Assembly: GCA_903859365.1 (NCBI GenBank)
Contig: CAIOMD010000013.1
Location: 1,081 to 65,080 of the forward strand
Length of the DNA: 64,000 nt
Reading direction: 5' to 3'
Origin: an uncultured Candidatus Saccharibacteria bacterium
GTDB lineage: Bacteria; Patescibacteriota; Saccharimonadia; Saccharimonadales; CAIOMD01
Shown here: positions 59,473-64,000 of the stretch, piece by piece
Layout of the letters: the number at the start of each line of letters is the position of its first letter
How positions within the stretch are numbered: position 1 is the stretch's first letter
Position numbers and translations under genes: made by a program
The notes under the pieces: generated by a model
What the model saw: only the letters and a program-made list of their open reading frames with translations
What the model was told of the DNA's origin: nothing
Database searches by the model: none

Positions 59473-60174
59473 ATGCATGAAGAAGAAGAAAAAATAGTTG
59501 ATCATAAGCACTCTGAGCACCTTACTGATCATAAAAAAGAAACCAAGGAACAATCCAAAGATAAAAAAAATAGTATTTATACTATTTTACTATTTATCCT
59601 CGCCCCACTTTTTGCTCTTTTTATGATAATTTTTGTTTTCCAGAGCTACATTGTTGACGGAACAAGCATGACACCAACTCTACAAAATGGCGACAGAGTT
59701 TTTATACTAAAATTACCCAAAAGCTTTGATGGAATGATCGGTAAAACATACATTCCTTCAAGACATGAGATTATCGTTTTTAAAAAACCAAGCGACCCTA
59801 GCACACAACTTATAAAAAGAGTTATTGGACTCCCGGGAGACACAGTAGTAGTAAATAATGGCAAAATTACTGTGTATAACGCTCAAAATCCTAATGGGTT
59901 CAATCCAGACGCAAACACTGATTATGGCCCGACACTCGCTTCCACGATCGGAAACGTCGACATTACTGTAGGAGCAAATGAGCTATTTGTTTGTGGAGAT
60001 AATCGTGGGCCCGGCGGATCATTGGATTCTAGAACTGGTGTTGGACTAGTCCCTGTACAAAATATAATCGGTAGACTATGGGTGCGCTATTATCCCTTTA
60101 GCTCATTTAAGACATATTCAACAGAATTAAATAATCTCCTCAAAATTAAAAATCTGAATAGTATTTCTTATTAA
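59473..60174 (+). CDS. lepB: Signal peptidase I
   Basis: TM helix, GTSMTPTL, IKRVIGLPGD, GDNR..SLDSR; start taken at MHEEE. Confidence 0.96.
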   Translation: MHEEEEKIVDHKHSEHLTDHKKETKEQSKDKKNSIYTILLFILAPLFALFMIIFVFQSYIVDGTSMTPTLQNGDRVFILKLPKSFDGMIGKTYIPSRHEIIVFKKPSDPSTQLIKRVIGLPGDTVVVNNGKITVYNAQNPNGFNPDANTDYGPTLASTIGNVDITVGANELFVCGDNRGPGGSLDSRTGVGLVPVQNIIGRLWVRYYPFSSFKTYSTELNNLLKIKNLNSISY

Positions 60175-61058
60175 CTAAGATTTTTCATTTTATTTAAAAT
60201 GGCATTCAGCTCTTCTTCGTTCTTGTAATTTATAACAAGCTTACCCGAACCTCTTTTTGAATGTTGGATAAGAGTTTTAGCTCCAAGAACAATCCCAATT
60301 TGCTGGACTGATTTTTTAATTTTACTGTCAGATATCTTACTCTTAGCAGTTTTATCGATTACTTGTTCATTGTTCTTTTTTACAGAAACTACAAATTGCT
60401 CTGCTTGTCGAACGCTAATGCCTTTACCAACTATAAGATCAAACAATTTCTTTTGTTCTTTAGGGTTTTTTTGAAGTGCAAGTATCGAGCGCGCATGTCC
60501 TTCGGTAACTAATCTATCCTCAAAGGCCTTGAGTATATATTCAGGTAATGCAAGTAATCTTACTAAATTAATAATAGATGTATACGCTTTACCGAGTCTT
60601 TGCGCTATCTCTTCGTAACTTTGATTAAACTGCTCATGCAGCCTTACTACTGTAAGAGCTTGCTCAAATGAGCTGAGATCAGCTCGTTGTACATTCTCTA
60701 AAAGTGCCAGTTCCAGTTGCTGATGCTCGCTTGCCTCTCTAACAATCGCAGGCATTTCATTAAGCCCTGCGATTTGTGAAGCGCGCCAACGACGCTCACC
60801 AGCAATTATTGTATACATATTTTGTTTATTTTTTACTACAACAATTGGTTGTAAAATTCCTTGTTCAGAAATAGACCTAGCAAGTTGTTCAAGCTGTAGT
60901 TGATCAAAATTTTTTCTTGGCTGGTCAGACTTAGGAACTATAGTATCAATAGATAGTTTGTGTATTCGATCGTCACTTCCTGCGGTGACATTGGATACAC
61001 TAAAACCTTTTGGCATTAGAATATCAAACCCCTTACCTAAACCTTTATTAGTTGCCAC
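60171..61058 (-). CDS. parB: Chromosome partition protein ParB
   Basis: KGLGKG, QPRK.F, GILQPI, AGERRWRA, ENVQRADL, HTH, GHAR. Confidence 0.96.
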   Translation of the reverse strand: MATNKGLGKGFDILMPKGFSVSNVTAGSDDRIHKLSIDTIVPKSDQPRKNFDQLQLEQLARSISEQGILQPIVVVKNKQNMYTIIAGERRWRASQIAGLNEMPAIVREASEHQQLELALLENVQRADLSSFEQALTVVRLHEQFNQSYEEIAQRLGKAYTSIINLVRLLALPEYILKAFEDRLVTEGHARSILALQKNPKEQKKLFDLIVGKGISVRQAEQFVVSVKKNNEQVIDKTAKSKISDSKIKKSVQQIGIVLGAKTLIQHSKRGSGKLVINYKNEEELNAILNKMKNLS

Positions 61059-61812
61059 GTTGTATAACCTCCTTTGTCAAAGCCTTGTAAGCTTTTGATC
61101 CTTTAGACCATTTATCATATTCAAAAATTGATTTTCCATGACTTGGCGCTTCTGCAAGACGAACATTACGAGGTATGACTGTAGAAAACACTATGTCGCC
61201 AAATACACGAAAAACCTCAGCTCGCACCTGCTCACTCAAGGATGTTCGGGAATCAAACATGGTTAAGAGCACGCCAAATATCTGTAGCGTTGGATTAAGG
61301 CCAGTCTGTATTTGTTGGACTACCTGGAGTAATTGACTCAGCCCTTCCATCGCATAATATTCTGTTTGAACGGGAACAATCACATCAGTTGAAGCTACTA
61401 ATGCGTTAACCGTTAAGAGTCCGAGGCTCGGGGGGCAATCTATTATAACGTAATCATAGCTACCTAAATTATTAACTAAGAACTCTTTTAATTTAAGCTC
61501 TCTTTTTTCTACCCCAGATAGCGATACCTCGGCGGCAGCTAAATCAGCATTAGTAGGTATAAGATTGATATTTTTCGATGATGTCACCATCGTTACTTGA
61601 TCAAAAGGAACACTCTCGAGTAGAGCATTATATGTGCCCATCACTATATCCATTTTTTCAACCCCAAGTCCACTAGTGGCGTTACCCTGAGGGTCGAGAT
61701 CAATAACTAAAATCTTGAAATCTTTTTTTGCAAGTCCTGCGGCAAGGTTAATAGTAGTCGTTGTTTTTCCGACTCCCCCTTTTTGATTTAAGATTGATAT
61801 CACTCTTGTCAT
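61048..61812 (-). CDS. parA: Chromosome partition ATPase ParA/Soj
   Basis: NQKGGVGKTT, DLDPQGN, IDCPPSLG, PRNVRLAEAPS; start taken at MTRVIS. Confidence 0.96.
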   Translation of the reverse strand: MTRVISILNQKGGVGKTTTTINLAAGLAKKDFKILVIDLDPQGNATSGLGVEKMDIVMGTYNALLESVPFDQVTMVTSSKNINLIPTNADLAAAEVSLSGVEKRELKLKEFLVNNLGSYDYVIIDCPPSLGLLTVNALVASTDVIVPVQTEYYAMEGLSQLLQVVQQIQTGLNPTLQIFGVLLTMFDSRTSLSEQVRAEVFRVFGDIVFSTVIPRNVRLAEAPSHGKSIFEYDKWSKGSKAYKALTKEVIQRGN

Positions 61813-62055
61813 ATACCCTGTTCCTGCAATATTTATTCCCTCTAATTTTACCATTTTACGATTTATTATTCATAACATAATGTTCTACGAATTAAGCGTA
61901 TGCTTTTTATACTTTAACTGTTGTAAAAAGTATATTTAACAGATGAAAGAAAATATAAGTTTTATATTAATTTTTTTAAAAAACGTTGTATTTTTTAAAA
62001 ATAAACTATCTCTTATCGACTTCAAATTTTATCTAGCTTAGAAATATGTTTTTAA

Positions 62056-62091
62056 AGTAATAATCGCTTCTTTTACGAAGCGATTATTACT
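62056..62091. repeat. Perfect 15-bp inverted repeat (hairpin/terminator)
   Basis: AGTAATAATCGCTTC-TTTTAC-GAAGCGATTATTACT. Confidence 0.8.
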
Positions 62092-62256
62092 GCTATTTAC
62101 TACTTTTTTAACAACAAGCCTGCGAGGTACTTACTGTTTATGTGTAGCCCGCCTTTTGTGGCAGTAGCTTTCTCAACACTTATGTTTATTTTTGTAATTT
62201 AAGTATGCCAAAATAATATATTTAATGCAAGCACATAAGAACAAATAATGTGCTCA

Positions 62257-62265
62257 TTATCCACA
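62257..62265 (+). promoter_or_regulatory. DnaA box
   Basis: Perfect TTATCCACA in the parA-upstream intergenic region. Confidence 0.5.
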
Positions 62266-62267
62266 GG

Positions 62268-64000
62268 CTACTGCGCTATAAAATAGTCTAACTGGTATGT
62301 GGTGTTAGGGGTTGGGCTATCTACGGTTTGAATGGTGAACGACGTAGAATTACTAGCCTTAAAATACTTGAGACTTGTCGTTGCACTATTGTCGGCATTT
62401 AGTATCACTCTAGGCGCCTTCCCATAAGGAGTATTGAAGGTAATGTTAGCAAGCGTTCCTGATGATGTATTTGCTCCTGTAGTTATGGTGATAGTACCGG
62501 CAGTATCATTACCATCTACAGTTACAGTAGGTGCTGCAATATTGTTAGTGGGATCAGCAGTGCCTGCTGCAGTGTCGACGGTTGCAGTTGGAGTATTCCC
62601 TGCTGTAATGATGTGGCCATTGATAGTGATGTTCTGTACGGAGATATTTTGAACTGTGAGAGTACCACTAAAGGTAGCGTCACCAGTGACAGTTAGCGTT
62701 GATGATATAGCTACGGGGCCTGAGGCGTTGAGGTTGCCTACTACCCTCATGGAACCAGTGATTGATAGGTCTCCATTTACTGTTCCACCGTTGATGATAT
62801 CAGCTGAGGCTTGAAGCGTGGCTACGTCTGTCTTCGTTTGATTGATTTGTTGTTGCTGTGCTTGCATACCAGCGACTATATATGGAGTAAGGCCAGCATA
62901 CGATAGCGAGAGCGTACCCGTATCGCTGTCAGTAGCGACGAGATCTGGTAGTATCTTTTGTACTTCTTGGGCGATGAAACCGGTATGGGTTGGGTCCAGA
63001 GAGCTATCTTCACTGTTCCAGTGATAGCTTACGGCGGTAAGACCAAGTATGTCATTAAGTGCAGTCGTTGTATTGTAGCCAGTAATATCTTTCTTGAGAG
63101 TTTCGTCGGAAGAACAAGAGAGTGATGTGGTTGTTGGGTTGATAGTACAGTAACCGGTGCTATTTCTGAAGGTTGCAACGGCGCCAGAGATGTTGGTATT
63201 GCCGACATCTAAAACATATGCAGGAGAAGTATTGTCTATGCCAACACGTTGGGTACCGCCGTTTTGGCCGATGTAGGTCGAGCCATTTCCATTAGTAGCT
63301 ATGTTTATAGTTCCGTAATTGTAACCATTGCCAACGGTCAGATTAATAGAGCCGCCAGTAAAACCGTTGCCAGCAGTAATGTTTACTGCGCCACCCGTTC
63401 CCAGCCCCGTACCAGTAACGCCACCATAAAGATTGAGCGCGGCTCCGTTGGCACCACAGGTTCCTGTACATGAACCTGTTACACTTCCCGGCTGAACAGT
63501 AAGAGCTGTGGTCGTATTCGTCGATGAAGAGTTTACGACACTCGGAGTACTAATATCTGCTGAGGTGGCTCCCCCAGTTAATACAAGCCCGTAAGTGCTC
63601 GACCCTAAACCGGTTGAAGTTAATGTAGCTGAGTAAAAACCACTCGATAGACTTACGGAAGGAGTATTACTTCCCCCCATCACAGAAATACTTCCACCAG
63701 ACCCCCCCCAGCCCCCACTATATGGAGAAGTTGTTAGTCCTATCGTATTTCCTCCATAAATATTTGTAGCACCCAAGCTATTAGTTCCACTCGCGAGATA
63801 TCCGATATTTATATTCGTAGTTCCATTGGGACTATTCCCTATATTAATAGTCTGAGTATTTGAGTTAGTTGCAATACTATTACCAATATTGATTGTATTA
63901 GTTGTTGTTTTTCCAATCTGAACCGTTGTCGCATTACTCGCCCCTATATTCAACGTTCCCCCAGCTGTACCATAATCTAAACCGGTTGCAGAGTTAAGTA
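62268..64000 (-). CDS. 3' part of a large Gly/Thr/Asn/Ser-rich fibre-like surface protein with an S74 intramolecular chaperone domain
   Basis: Frame is open to the window edge; SDETLKKDI...YHW...GFIAQEVQKILPDLV...LSYAGL chaperone motif, short coiled coil, then a ~200-aa beta-rich C-terminus. Confidence 0.85.
   Translation of the reverse strand, partial: LNSATGLDYGTAGGTLNIGASNATTVQIGKTTTNTINIGNSIATNSNTQTINIGNSPNGTTNINIGYLASGTNSLGATNIYGGNTIGLTTSPYSGGWGGSGGSISVMGGSNTPSVSLSSGFYSATLTSTGLGSSTYGLVLTGGATSADISTPSVVNSSSTNTTTALTVQPGSVTGSCTGTCGANGAALNLYGGVTGTGLGTGGAVNITAGNGFTGGSINLTVGNGYNYGTINIATNGNGSTYIGQNGGTQRVGIDNTSPAYVLDVGNTNISGAVATFRNSTGYCTINPTTTSLSCSSDETLKKDITGYNTTTALNDILGLTAVSYHWNSEDSSLDPTHTGFIAQEVQKILPDLVATDSDTGTLSLSYAGLTPYIVAGMQAQQQQINQTKTDVATLQASADIINGGTVNGDLSITGSMRVVGNLNASGPVAISSTLTVTGDATFSGTLTVQNISVQNITINGHIITAGNTPTATVDTAAGTADPTNNIAAPTVTVDGNDTAGTITITTGANTSSGTLANITFNTPYGKAPRVILNADNSATTSLKYFKASNSTSFTIQTVDSPTPNTTYQLDYFIAQ

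Noticed and set aside
61855..62267. oriC next to parA
   Set aside because: AT-rich, but only one perfect DnaA box and no dnaA/dnaN in the window; cannot be supported
60171..62267. Canonical parS site (TGTTTCACGTGAAACA) near parAB
   Set aside because: No match found by eye
992..63473. Numerous 60-170 aa ORFs antisense or out of frame to larger genes (e.g. 1947-2363, 12951-13376, 22765-23280, 26265-26735, 36730-37140)
   Set aside because: Shadow ORFs overlapping well-supported genes, with no recognisable motifs
62268..64000. Prophage
   Set aside because: The S74 domain is the only phage-like trait; no capsid, terminase or integrase visible
1..64000. Alternative genetic code (UGA=Gly, code 25)
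   Set aside because: Conserved genes are full length under code 11 and TGA acts as a stop (e.g. 3050-3052, mraY, serS)

Overview
A gene-dense, AT-rich bacterial chromosome segment in standard code 11. It is most consistent with a Patescibacteria/CPR organism, probably Saccharibacteria-like. This is an inference from the stripped operons (rpsB-tsf-frr-uppS-rseP without pyrH/cdsA/dxr; dcw without Mur ligases or ftsAZ), the alpha2-type GlyRS, the Trm11-like methylase, the sigma-region-4/HTH protein and the solo T4SS-coupling-like ATPase. Most of the window is housekeeping: tRNA-Glu, two-component genes, der, pth, ABC-F, topA, dcw cluster, recO, xseAB, ftsEX with two CHAP hydrolases and ctpA, prfB, secA, aminoacyl-tRNA synthetases, rpsB/tsf/frr, rpmE/prfA/prmC, lepB and parAB. 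The 3' end of a large S74-chaperone fibre-like gene runs off the right edge. No CRISPR array, transposase, integrase or prophage was seen. The most interesting signals are non-coding or atypical: (1) a ~305-nt, apparently stand-alone, multi-helix RNA at about 6802-7108 (minus strand) with a near-consensus promoter and its own terminator; (2) structured elements and a small ORF inside the mraZ-rsmH-ftsL region; (3) a 28-bp dif-like site with a DnaA box, bracketed by 18-bp direct repeats, where transcription converges at about 13.6 kb; (4) a pseudo-kinase/pseudo-receiver pair plus output-less response regulators, one with an internal RBS and an acidic disordered tail; (5) patchwork sequence identity between tandem CHAP genes; (6) widespread apparently leaderless transcription. 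All structures, motifs and coordinates were read by eye; no searches or folding programs were run.
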